The notes below the pieces were generated by a model, which was given only the letters and a program-made list of their open reading frames with translations, made no database searches and was not told where the DNA came from. A program made the position numbers and the translations under genes. 20,000 nt of DNA from an uncultured virus (IMG/VR IMGVR_UViG_3300032295_003161) (lineage: Duplodnaviria > Heunggongvirae > Uroviricota > Caudoviricetes). Positions 1-7,207 of the stretch are shown in pieces. The number at the start of each line of letters is the position of its first letter. Positions within the stretch are counted from its first letter, which is position 1. The stretch is taken from the IMG/VR virus record IMGVR_UViG_3300032295_003161. One strand, written 5' to 3'.

Positions 1-1760
1 AATCTAAAAGAAATATGAAATGTTGTTGTATTAGCATATTTTATAGCTGTTTTGGTATATTGCAATAATTTAAAAACATCTACTAAATAAGGAGTACCTG
101 CATCTTGTTTTTTAGGTATTACGTTTTCATATTGTGCATATTTTTCATTAATCAAAAGCGATTCATTTGAATTTGATTTTTTTACCTTATTTATATCATA
201 AACACCATTATACTTTTCGTTTGGATAAGGCAAAGTAATTAAAATATGTGCATTAGTAGCAGTAATACCATTTTCGTCAAAATTAACACCAGTTAAATTT
301 AATCTTTCGCTATCTGGATTTTTATCTAAAAATGGCTCAAGAATACTACCTAATCCCTTATCAATAGGATTATTAATAAAAGGAACTTTTTTTGTATTTG
401 TTATGTTTTTAAAAATACTTGGCACTTTGCTCCATTCGTAAACTTGAGGACTTAATGTTTGACCATAATTTTTATTTGTTGTTAAATTCATTTTTTCGTA
501 GTTTTCTTCAACGTATTTTTTTGCTTTTTCAACCGAATCAAAATATTCTGTAATAACATCTGAATAGGTACGATTAAAACTTTCTCCATGAATAGAACTT
601 AATACAATTACAGTTAAAGATACTTCTCCACGTTTGTTTTTAAGTATTTCGTAACTATATTTTTCGTCTATTTTTTTATAAATTTCTTTACCATCCCTAT
701 ATCTACTAACTTTCCAACCATCTTCAGTAGTTGTTACAACGCTTGGTTGTTCGATTGAACTTTTTATTCCTCCTCCACCAGCATACAATCCACTTTCAGC
801 ACCTACCATACCATCGGCTTCCATATCTAAAACATCATTGTAGTTGTTCAAATCCCTTGAAGGGTGGTCGCCTTTTTTAGATTCTTCAACTAAATTAAGT
901 TGACCGCCATTATCAAATATATTTGAATTTTGCTCTTTGTAATCAAACACATAAGCCATTACTTCTTTTTCGTCTTTTAGAATAGCATTAGTAATCCTAT
1001 GGTGTCCATCTAAAACGTAATATTTATCATTTAGCTTGAACAAAATAGGGTATGATTCAACATCTTTTGTAGATTCAATATTAGGAATAGTTACATTTCT
1101 TTGAGAAGGAACTATGCTTTTTAAATCAACCATTTCAGTTGGCAATTTAGTTTCATTTTCTAAATAAGGGTCGGCAGTAGAAACAACACTCGCTGGTAAA
1201 ACCTCTACTTGATTAAAGAAAATTTTATTAGTAGGCACTTTTGGGAACGTACTTTTATTTTCTCTTTTTAAATCAGCAATTTTTTGTTGGTATTCGTTTA
1301 AGCTACCACCATTTTTGTATTCTTCATCGCAACCGCAACTATTCATAGATTGCATAATTTCATAATCAGTCATAGTCTTGCCACCGTAATTGTATGAACT
1401 ACCATTGAAGTATAATTCACTTGGCACATCGCCACCTTGCTCAAAAGAAACTCCACCGCCAGAAACATTGATTTTAGACAATATTTCTCTATTGGTAAGC
1501 ATTTCCCCTTGAAATTCTTTTTTAGTTTGGTCTGCAACCGCTGGAGCTGTAATAATAACTTCACTTGATTGAACTTCAATAGGTTGCCCAGTAGATTTAT
1601 TAATCCCTTTTATACCTCCCTCTTTATGTAATTTACCAACAAAATAACCGCCAACAGTAGCATCATCGTAAATCATAGTTTGACCTTCTCTTTTGCCAAC
1701 TAAAACTCCGCCTGCTGGTGTTTTTTTTGCTTCATCTAATGTTATTGTGTCTTTTTTCAT
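1..1760 (-). CDS. Large multidomain (polyvalent-type) phage protein, 3'-truncated by the window edge (>586 aa): virion-protein-like N-terminal domain, ParB/Srx-like domain, unknown domain, beta-clamp-like domain
   Basis: Manual translation from ATG 1760 (MKKDTITLDEAKKTPAGG...) has no stop before position 1, which probably explains its absence from the track. Motifs: GGYFVGKLHKEGGI..EVQSSEVII..LSKINVSGGGVSFEQGG; PILFKLNDKYYVLDGHHR (ParB-like, DGHHR at 996-1010); RLNLTGVNFDENGITATNAHIL...NEKYAQYENVIP (resembles clamp motifs R..L.GV.F..ATDGHRL and YPDY..VIP). Confidence 0.85.
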   Translation of the reverse strand, partial: MKKDTITLDEAKKTPAGGVLVGKREGQTMIYDDATVGGYFVGKLHKEGGIKGINKSTGQPIEVQSSEVIITAPAVADQTKKEFQGEMLTNREILSKINVSGGGVSFEQGGDVPSELYFNGSSYNYGGKTMTDYEIMQSMNSCGCDEEYKNGGSLNEYQQKIADLKRENKSTFPKVPTNKIFFNQVEVLPASVVSTADPYLENETKLPTEMVDLKSIVPSQRNVTIPNIESTKDVESYPILFKLNDKYYVLDGHHRITNAILKDEKEVMAYVFDYKEQNSNIFDNGGQLNLVEESKKGDHPSRDLNNYNDVLDMEADGMVGAESGLYAGGGGIKSSIEQPSVVTTTEDGWKVSRYRDGKEIYKKIDEKYSYEILKNKRGEVSLTVIVLSSIHGESFNRTYSDVITEYFDSVEKAKKYVEENYEKMNLTTNKNYGQTLSPQVYEWSKVPSIFKNITNTKKVPFINNPIDKGLGSILEPFLDKNPDSERLNLTGVNFDENGITATNAHILITLPYPNEKYNGVYDINKVKKSNSNESLLINEKYAQYENVIPKKQDAGTPYLVDVFKLLQYTKTAIKYANTTTFHISFR

Positions 1761-1761
1761 A

Positions 1762-2397
1762 TTATCCTATTAAAAACTTTAAATAGTCTGGCGTACCGCT
1801 ATCGGCAATACCGCCTTTCTCAAATCTTATGTCGTTGTTTTTTTTATCAAATGTAGTGTTAGTGCCATCCGCAAGTTTTATTTGGTTAGAATTATTAACA
1901 ACGTATAAATTATCTTTTCTTGTTCCAAATATTATTATGCCATCAAGCATTTCATCAATAAATAATTCTCTAATGTAATCTCCTCTGTTAATATCATAAT
2001 TATCAGCAGGTGCATAATAATCACTATTTGTTCTTCTAATTAAAGGATTTTTTATATTCAAAAAACATTCGTAAACAAAACCTTTGCTTTTAAGTTCAGA
2101 ATGTAATTTAGCATAGTTTTCAGCAGATTGTTTTCTTTGAGTAAAGAAAAAACCTCCTTGCTCACTTTGAATATAATTTAAACCTATTTTTTTTCTATCA
2201 AAAACATTAAAATAGCTCCCTGTTCCATGATAAACCACCATTGGCTCTCCATTTTCATCAACAACCTTACTTGCGTTTTCTGGGTCGTTTTCCCAATCCC
2301 CAAACCATTTCTTAAATTCTGGTGTGCGGACTAACTTATATTGTTCAGTAGTTAAATTGCTTGGCTTACCATTAGGTGCTAATAACTCTTTTTTCAT
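1762..2397 (-). CDS. ADP-ribosyltransferase-fold protein (ART-PolyVal-like), array copy 3 in transcription order
   Basis: SKVVDENGEPMVVYHGT, GGFFFT...AENY, FLNIKNP, DGIII, NQIK...DIRF match ART-PolyVal motifs. The position of the catalytic Glu is occupied by Leu. Confidence 0.8.
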   Translation of the reverse strand: MKKELLAPNGKPSNLTTEQYKLVRTPEFKKWFGDWENDPENASKVVDENGEPMVVYHGTGSYFNVFDRKKIGLNYIQSEQGGFFFTQRKQSAENYAKLHSELKSKGFVYECFLNIKNPLIRRTNSDYYAPADNYDINRGDYIRELFIDEMLDGIIIFGTRKDNLYVVNNSNQIKLADGTNTTFDKKNNDIRFEKGGIADSGTPDYLKFLIG

Positions 2398-2398
2398 A

Positions 2399-2953
2399 TT
2401 ATCCTATTAAAAACTTTAAATAGTCTGGCGTACCGCTATCAGAAATACCGCCTTTATCAAATCTTATATCGTTGTTGTTTTTGTCAAATGTAGTATTAGT
2501 ACCATCGGCAAGTTTTATTTGGTTTGGATTATATACATTTATATTAAAAAATGGTTTTTTTTTCTGTAAAACATCATCCCACTCTCCATATTTATAAATA
2601 TAAGCATCAAAACCTTTTTCATCATAATCATCTCTAATTTTATCTGTTATTTTTCTTGCATTTATAAAATAGAGTTTACTTTTGCCATAATTATTTGCTA
2701 AATTTTTATTATCGGTAAACCAATGACCTACTCTTATATCATTAAATTTGTTTTTAAAAATATTAAACCTTTTATTTGTTCCATGATAAACCACTAACGG
2801 CTCTCCATTTTCATCAACAACCTTACTTGCATTAGCAGGGTCGTTTTCCCAATCCCCAAACCACTTTTTAAATTCTGGTGTGCGGACTAACTTGTATTGT
2901 TCAGCAGTTAAGTTGCTTGGCTTACCATTAGGTGCTAATAACTCTTTTTTCAT
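2399..2953 (-). CDS. ADP-ribosyltransferase-fold protein (ART-PolyVal-like), array copy 2
   Basis: VVYHGT, GHWFTDNKNLANNY, GFDAYI, NPNQIK. The position of the catalytic Glu is occupied by Asn. Confidence 0.78.
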   Translation of the reverse strand: MKKELLAPNGKPSNLTAEQYKLVRTPEFKKWFGDWENDPANASKVVDENGEPLVVYHGTNKRFNIFKNKFNDIRVGHWFTDNKNLANNYGKSKLYFINARKITDKIRDDYDEKGFDAYIYKYGEWDDVLQKKKPFFNINVYNPNQIKLADGTNTTFDKNNNDIRFDKGGISDSGTPDYLKFLIG

Positions 2954-2954
2954 T

Positions 2955-3530
2955 TTATCCTATTAAAAATTTTAAATAGTCTGGCGTACCGCTATCAGAA
3001 ATACCGCCTTTATCAAATCTTATATCGTTGTTGTTTTTATCAAATGTAGTGTTAGTACCATCGGCAAGTTTTATTTGGTTTGCTTGAAAAACTACAATTT
3101 CATTTTGAAGAATAACTCCATCATAACCATCTTTTTGTAATTTTTTTGTTAAGGTGGATTTATTTTTATTGTAATATTTTTCAGACCATTCTTTTAATGA
3201 ATTTTCATCTAAATAAAATGGCTCTTTAATAAAACAATATAAATTTAAAACAATATTCCCGTAATTAGATGCTGTTTTTTCATTTTGAGTAAAATAAAAT
3301 CCCTCCCCATAACTTCCTCTGTTTGATTTTTCAAACTTGTTAAATGTTTTAAATGTTCCATGATAAACCACTAACGGCTCTCCATTTTCATCAACAACCT
3401 TACTTGCATTAGCAGGGTCGTTTTCCCAATCCCCAAACCATTTTTTAAATTCTGGTGTGCGAACTAATTTATATTGTTCAGCAGTTAAATTGCTTGGCTT
3501 ACCATTAGGTGCTAATAACTCTTTTTTCAT
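2955..3530 (-). CDS. ADP-ribosyltransferase (ART-PolyVal-like), array copy 1
   Basis: VVYHGT, YGEGFYFT...ASNYG, GYDGVILQNEIVVF give a complete H-Y-E-type motif set. Confidence 0.85.
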   Translation of the reverse strand: MKKELLAPNGKPSNLTAEQYKLVRTPEFKKWFGDWENDPANASKVVDENGEPLVVYHGTFKTFNKFEKSNRGSYGEGFYFTQNEKTASNYGNIVLNLYCFIKEPFYLDENSLKEWSEKYYNKNKSTLTKKLQKDGYDGVILQNEIVVFQANQIKLADGTNTTFDKNNNDIRFDKGGISDSGTPDYLKFLIG

Positions 3531-3547
3531 ACTTCTATAATAATTTT

Positions 3548-3555
3548 CAAATGTA
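3548..3555 (-). promoter_or_regulatory. Bacteroidota-type -7 promoter box (TACATTTG) upstream of the ART array
   Basis: Matches TAnnTTTG and lies in the intergenic region 17 nt upstream of ATG 3530. Confidence 0.65.
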
Positions 3556-3640
3556 ATAAATTCTATTGTAACTTAAAAATCATATTATTTATAATAAATA
3601 ACATAATTTATTCAAAAGTAGGCATTTAATATTTTTTTAC

Positions 3641-3648
3641 TACATTTG
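3641..3648 (+). promoter_or_regulatory. Bacteroidota-type -7 promoter box (TACATTTG) for the small plus-strand ORF
   Basis: TAnnTTTG 36 nt upstream of ATG 3685, divergent from the 3548-3555 box. Confidence 0.6.
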
Positions 3649-3684
3649 TTTCTAATAAATTTATTAACTTAAAAAATTTTAATC

Positions 3685-3801
3685 ATGAAAACAGGAGTTT
3701 TTGACATTAACAGTTCTAACTTTCTTTTTGGCAATAATGTCCATAATTTAGTTCAGATTGCGTTATTAGGCTACATCGCTTACAAAATTTACAAAAAATA
3801 A
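3685..3801 (+). CDS. 38-aa small protein with C-terminal hydrophobic helix (not in ORF track)
   Basis: MKTGVFDINSSNFLFGNNVHNLVQIALLGYIAYKIYKK*; has its own promoter box, an A-rich leader and a downstream terminator. Confidence 0.7.
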   Translation: MKTGVFDINSSNFLFGNNVHNLVQIALLGYIAYKIYKK

Positions 3802-3817
3802 TTTGTAATTATTAGCT

Positions 3818-3851
3818 AAAAAAAACCCACCAATTCGGTGGGTATTTTTTT
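3818..3851. terminator. Bidirectional intrinsic terminator
   Basis: Stem ACCCACC/GGTGGGT (3825-3843) with loop AATTC, an A-tract on the left and a T-tract on the right, between convergent ORFs. Confidence 0.85.
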
Positions 3852-4356
3852 ATAAGTGTTTCCAAAATTTTCCTCTTATTATTCCTAAAACATTAGTTCT
3901 ACTTATTCCATACTTTTTTGACAAAGACATTCTGGTTTCAGAAAAACCAATTTTTCTTATTTCCAAAACTTGTTCTTCAGTAAGTTTGCATTTATGGTGC
4001 TTAATTCCTTTTTGGTCTTTTAATCCAGTTTCTATTGCATGGCTCATATTCTCGCTATTTGTATGCCATTCTAAATTTTCAACTCTATTATCGGTTTTTA
4101 TTCCGTTTTTATGATTTACAGTTGCCTTATTGTTTGGATTATCAATAAAAGCGATTGCTACTAATCTATGTTCCGTAAAAAAATACATTTTACCTTCTTT
4201 AGACAAAACTCTTTTAACGTAACCATACCTATCTATATTTCTTCCAATAAGTCTTTCCTCAAAAACCCTTTCGCTAATCAAACGCTTAACATTTCCTAAA
4301 TTAGATACTTGGTATAATCCTTCAAAACCAGCAATATCTTTCCAAATTTCTTCCAT
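3850..4356 (-). CDS. NUMOD4-HNH endonuclease with C-terminal HTH
   Basis: EEIWKDIAGFEGLYQVSNLGNVK (NUMOD4); HRLVAIAFI...VNHKNGIKTDNRVENLEW (HNH); KLTEEQVLEIR...LSKKYGISR (HTH). Confidence 0.93.
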   Translation of the reverse strand: MEEIWKDIAGFEGLYQVSNLGNVKRLISERVFEERLIGRNIDRYGYVKRVLSKEGKMYFFTEHRLVAIAFIDNPNNKATVNHKNGIKTDNRVENLEWHTNSENMSHAIETGLKDQKGIKHHKCKLTEEQVLEIRKIGFSETRMSLSKKYGISRTNVLGIIRGKFWKHL

Positions 4357-4465
4357 AATTTTATAAAAAAGTAAAGCTCCTACAAATCCAAACGCACTCG
4401 ACCTCGTTCTTCATTGTAAGAGCCAATATTTTTAAGTTACAAATTGTCGAGTGGTAACTACTTGA
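4357..4465 (-). ncRNA. Putative structured 5' leader RNA (two hairpins, 8-bp loop-loop pairing), copy A
   Basis: P1 AGUUAC/GUAACU with loop CACUCGAC (4446-4453); P2 GGCUCUUACAA/UUGUAGGAGCU plus AACG/CGUU with loop GUCGAGUG (4395-4402). Confidence 0.75.
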
Positions 4466-4473
4466 CAAATGTA
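4466..4473 (-). promoter_or_regulatory. -7 promoter box TACATTTG ahead of leader A
   Basis: TAnnTTTG a few nt 5' of hairpin P1. Confidence 0.7.
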
Positions 4474-4516
4474 GTAAAAAAAATTATTTGCAATCGGTTT
4501 CTTGGTTATTATTTAA

Positions 4517-4930
4517 TTAAGACAAATTATTACCTTGATTTTTTCTTCTCAAATAATCTTTTTTATATTTATTTTCGTGTTGTTTAATTTTACAAATTGA
4601 TATAGCCTTAACCGTTTTTTTAGCTATTTTTTCTGTTTTTTTTAAAATTTTTTGTTGAAATTCTTCACTACAACTATCAAATATAAATTTATTTAATTCA
4701 AAATGTAATTCTGGATTTTTGCTTGGTTTAGGTATTCTAAATTCTAAAGGGATTTTTATTTCATCTAAAACATCTTCAAAAAAATCTATATTAGAACAAT
4801 TAAAATAAACCCATCTTAAATATTTATTCTTTTTAAGATTTATTATTTCTTGAACTGATAAATCTGAATATTGTCCAAATTTAAGAGTTGACTTCCTTGT
4901 TAGTTTTCTTAATAAAGTAACATCGGACAT
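4517..4930 (-). CDS. Hypothetical protein with an N-terminal FG[KQ]Y...YL.W small domain (DUF3820/ExoX C-terminal-like)
   Basis: LKFGQYSDLSVQEII...KYLRWVY resembles the C-terminal NFGKY...KYVDWV segment of the exonuclease at 16654-17397. Confidence 0.55.
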   Translation of the reverse strand: MSDVTLLRKLTRKSTLKFGQYSDLSVQEIINLKKNKYLRWVYFNCSNIDFFEDVLDEIKIPLEFRIPKPSKNPELHFELNKFIFDSCSEEFQQKILKKTEKIAKKTVKAISICKIKQHENKYKKDYLRRKNQGNNLS

Positions 4931-4932
4931 TT

Positions 4933-6207
4933 TTATACAAGCTTTAAAATTATATTCTCAAACTTCTTGGTAATATCGTTCCATTTCCATTTTACAACGT
5001 GGTTGTATGCGTTTTCTACAATAGTGCTTACTTGACCTTTCACTTCATCTTCTTCGTTTTGTAGGTTGTAAACAATACCACATACTTGAGCCACTTCTTC
5101 TGGATTAGAAATAAATCTAATTTTTTCAAAGTCATTTACAAATACTGCTCTTTGGATAAACTTGAATAAAAACGCATTGTTACCATTATCAGTAATTTCT
5201 TGAATAGAAGTATGTCTTGGAGCAATTACCAGTTTTTTACAAGCCATTGCTTCAACTATTGATAATCCCCAACCTTCAGCCGTAGTGGTTGTAATAAAAC
5301 AATCAAAAGTATTGTAGATTTTATTTAATTCGGATTCGGAAATACCATTATTTTCATTAAAATCTTTTGGGAAGAAAATATCTTTACCAACATCTAAACC
5401 TAACCTTTCAGATAATCTATAACAATCAATTCCCATTCGGTCTTGAGGATTACAATGGATATATAAAACGGCATTAGCTTGACTTGTATGCTTGAACATA
5501 GCAAAACCAATCATAAGAGTTCCTAAATCCTTTCTTGCGGAATTACGGTTTACGCTACCAAACACAAAAACATCACTTTTGCCAAAAATAAGTTCTTTGG
5601 TTCTATTGTTTTCAAAAGAATTGTCTATTGGGTGGAACACTTCGGTATCTATTCCATGAGGAATGATTTTAATCTTTTTCCACTTGGATTCAGATATAAG
5701 CGGTTTTAAAACTGCTTTAGCATATTCAGTATAAGTAATAACTTCATCAAACAAGTCTAATACAGCACAATCGCTTGGTCTTGGCTCACTATCTATTGGA
5801 GTGTATAGGATATACTTCGTTTTCTTTTTATTGGCTTTTGTACGCTCTTTTTTAACGTTTGCCAAATGCTCGGTCATTGAGTTTAAAACTTCAATATCAT
5901 TTAATGCGAAAAACACATCAAAATCGTGTGAATAAAGTATTCTTAAAAGTTCTAATCTGGCGTAGCCATCTTTTTTTTCATCGACTGCCAAACAAGGAAT
6001 AACCATTACGTTTTCTTTGTAATTGTATGGCTTTTCAGTCAAGTCATTAATAGCTAATATCGTAATATTGAAGTTTTTGTTTTTGCTCCAATTCTCTATT
6101 AACTTTGTTGATACGTTACCGAATCCAGTTGTGCAATTAAAATCCCCATAAAATAGGATATTAACTGGTTGGTCTTTTTTAGTTTTCTTGGTGTGTACTA
6201 CTTTCAT
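4933..6207 (-). CDS. Glycosyltransferase, GT-B fold (GT4-like)
   Basis: TGFGNVS, IIPHGIDTEVFHP, VNRNSARKD, DCFITTTTAEGWGLSIVEAMAC (EX7E motif). Confidence 0.92.
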   Translation of the reverse strand: MKVVHTKKTKKDQPVNILFYGDFNCTTGFGNVSTKLIENWSKNKNFNITILAINDLTEKPYNYKENVMVIPCLAVDEKKDGYARLELLRILYSHDFDVFFALNDIEVLNSMTEHLANVKKERTKANKKKTKYILYTPIDSEPRPSDCAVLDLFDEVITYTEYAKAVLKPLISESKWKKIKIIPHGIDTEVFHPIDNSFENNRTKELIFGKSDVFVFGSVNRNSARKDLGTLMIGFAMFKHTSQANAVLYIHCNPQDRMGIDCYRLSERLGLDVGKDIFFPKDFNENNGISESELNKIYNTFDCFITTTTAEGWGLSIVEAMACKKLVIAPRHTSIQEITDNGNNAFLFKFIQRAVFVNDFEKIRFISNPEEVAQVCGIVYNLQNEEDEVKGQVSTIVENAYNHVVKWKWNDITKKFENIILKLV

Positions 6208-6457
6208 TTTTTGTTTTTTTTCCTACTATTAAAACTACTCTAATGTTTTCTTTTTTAAATTCTAATCTGTCTTTTTCATTTTTATACAAATATTCGTATT
6301 GTTCAAAACCATTCTCAATCAAATGCTTTTTTAATTTTAGCGAATAATTTCCTTGAAGTGCTGTATCATATTCAGTAAAGGTTAAAGAATAAAATAAATT
6401 CAAGTTTAAATTTAAACCTATCAAAAGACCTAATCTTTTTGAAATTTGATTTTCCAT
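6179..6457 (-). CDS. Hypothetical protein
   Basis: 92-aa ORF directly downstream of a repeated promoter/leader block. Confidence 0.7.
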   Translation of the reverse strand: MENQISKRLGLLIGLNLNLNLFYSLTFTEYDTALQGNYSLKLKKHLIENGFEQYEYLYKNEKDRLEFKKENIRVVLIVGKKTKNESSTHQEN

Positions 6458-6484
6458 TTTTTTTATATGTTTTAAAGTTCAAGT

Positions 6485-6515
6485 CAAAAGTATAAAATAT
6501 TATTTTAAATACAAA
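6485..6515 (-). promoter_or_regulatory. Consensus Bacteroidota promoter (TTTG-N19-TACTTTTG), repeated phage promoter copy 1
   Basis: -33 TTTG at 6512-6515, -7 box at 6485-6492; ~75-bp near-identical copy at 18409-18483. Confidence 0.85.
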
Positions 6516-6562
6516 ATATTATTTTAGATATATTTTATTATTTTAGATAATGTTTATTTTAT

Positions 6563-7084
6563 TTAATATTTACTGTTTATATTGTTTAGTCTTTTATACT
6601 CTAAATAACTTTCGTGTGCTTCTAATTCAGTATTAAAATATCCAGTATGAATCTTTTTTTTATTTATTTGTATTTGTCCTAACCATTTTTTATGCTTTTT
6701 ACAATAAGTTACACCAACATAAATACTGCTTTTATTTTTATTTAAAAACTTATGTATGTTATTTTCAGAATGTGAAACCCATTCTAAATTTTCAATTCTA
6801 TTGTCGTTTGGATTTGAGTTTATATGATTTATTTGAGGTTTATTATATGTGTTTTCAATAAAGTATTTAGCTATTATTCTATGAACTCTAAAAAGTTTGT
6901 CTTTTCCATTTATTTTCAAATTACATAAACAATAAAAATCTTTATCTAAATATTGTTTTATTATTTTATTTTCTAACTTAATTCTACCCATGTTACTAAA
7001 ATAGTAATCCAAGTCATATTCATTTGTTTTTACCCAAATTTCATTTTCTAAATCTTCAATAAAAGTGTTTTTGTAAATTTCCAT
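6563..7084 (-). CDS. NUMOD4-like HNH endonuclease with C-terminal AP2 domain
   Basis: EIW..YYFSNMGRIK; HRIIAKYFI..QINHINSNPNDNRIENLEW; SSIYVGVTY..KWLGQI..GYFNTELEAHESY (AP2). Start placed at ATG 7084 because the track's ATG 7099 lies within leader stem P2. Confidence 0.9.
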   Translation of the reverse strand: MEIYKNTFIEDLENEIWVKTNEYDLDYYFSNMGRIKLENKIIKQYLDKDFYCLCNLKINGKDKLFRVHRIIAKYFIENTYNKPQINHINSNPNDNRIENLEWVSHSENNIHKFLNKNKSSIYVGVTYCKKHKKWLGQIQINKKKIHTGYFNTELEAHESYLEYKRLNNINSKY

Positions 7085-7192
7085 AATAATAAAAAGCATC
7101 TAATTTCGTAAAATGGTGGATTTACTACTCTTAAATGCTTTTAAATTTATATTTTTATGATATACATTATTCCACCATAGATAATGTTATCA
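7085..7192 (-). ncRNA. Putative structured 5' leader RNA (two hairpins, 8-bp loop-loop pairing), copy B
   Basis: P1 UGAUA-ACAUUAU/AUAAUGU-UAUCA with loop AUGGUGGA (7171-7178); P2 AAAAGCAUUUAA/UUAGAUGCUUUU plus GUAAA/UUUAC with loop UCCACCAU (7113-7120). Confidence 0.72.
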
Positions 7193-7200
7193 CAAATGTA
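7193..7200 (-). promoter_or_regulatory. -7 promoter box TACATTTG ahead of leader B
   Basis: TAnnTTTG immediately 5' of P1. Confidence 0.7.
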
Positions 7201-7207
7201 ATAAAAA

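Larger units (their letters stand above)
1762..3530. repeat. Three-unit tandem direct repeat with conserved ends and divergent middles
   Basis: The 177-bp 5' blocks lie at 2221-2397, 2777-2953 and 3354-3530; by hand count neighbours differ at about 12 and 5 positions. The 126-bp 3' blocks lie at 1762-1887, 2399-2524 and 2955-3080. The cores (1888-2220, 2525-2776, 3081-3353) differ in length and show no obvious DNA similarity. Confidence 0.97.

Noticed and set aside
84..104. DAGTPYL in the long ORF resembling the ART tail DSGTPDYL
   Set aside because: Too short, needs a gap, and lies inside a putative folded domain.
1370..1579. Track ORF of 69 aa (minus strand)
   Set aside because: Alternative frame inside the long 1-1760 ORF.
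1762..3530. Diversity-generating retroelement (TR/VR pair) as the explanation for the ART repeats
   Set aside because: The variable parts differ in length and show no obvious DNA alignment, differences in the conserved parts are mostly synonymous and not adenine-specific, and there is no reverse transcriptase in the window.
1762..3530. CRISPR array or invertible shufflon
   Set aside because: The repeats are ~300-bp protein-coding direct repeats; there are no cas genes, inverted sites or recombinase.
3576..3590. TTGTAACTTAAAAAT matching part of leader A in the opposite orientation
   Set aside because: Short AT-rich match with no accompanying hairpins; probably chance.
4357..4465. Leader as a hammerhead ribozyme, tRNA or group I intron fragment
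   Set aside because: No CUGANGA/GAAA core, cloverleaf or intron core is visible, and the flanking genes appear intact rather than split.
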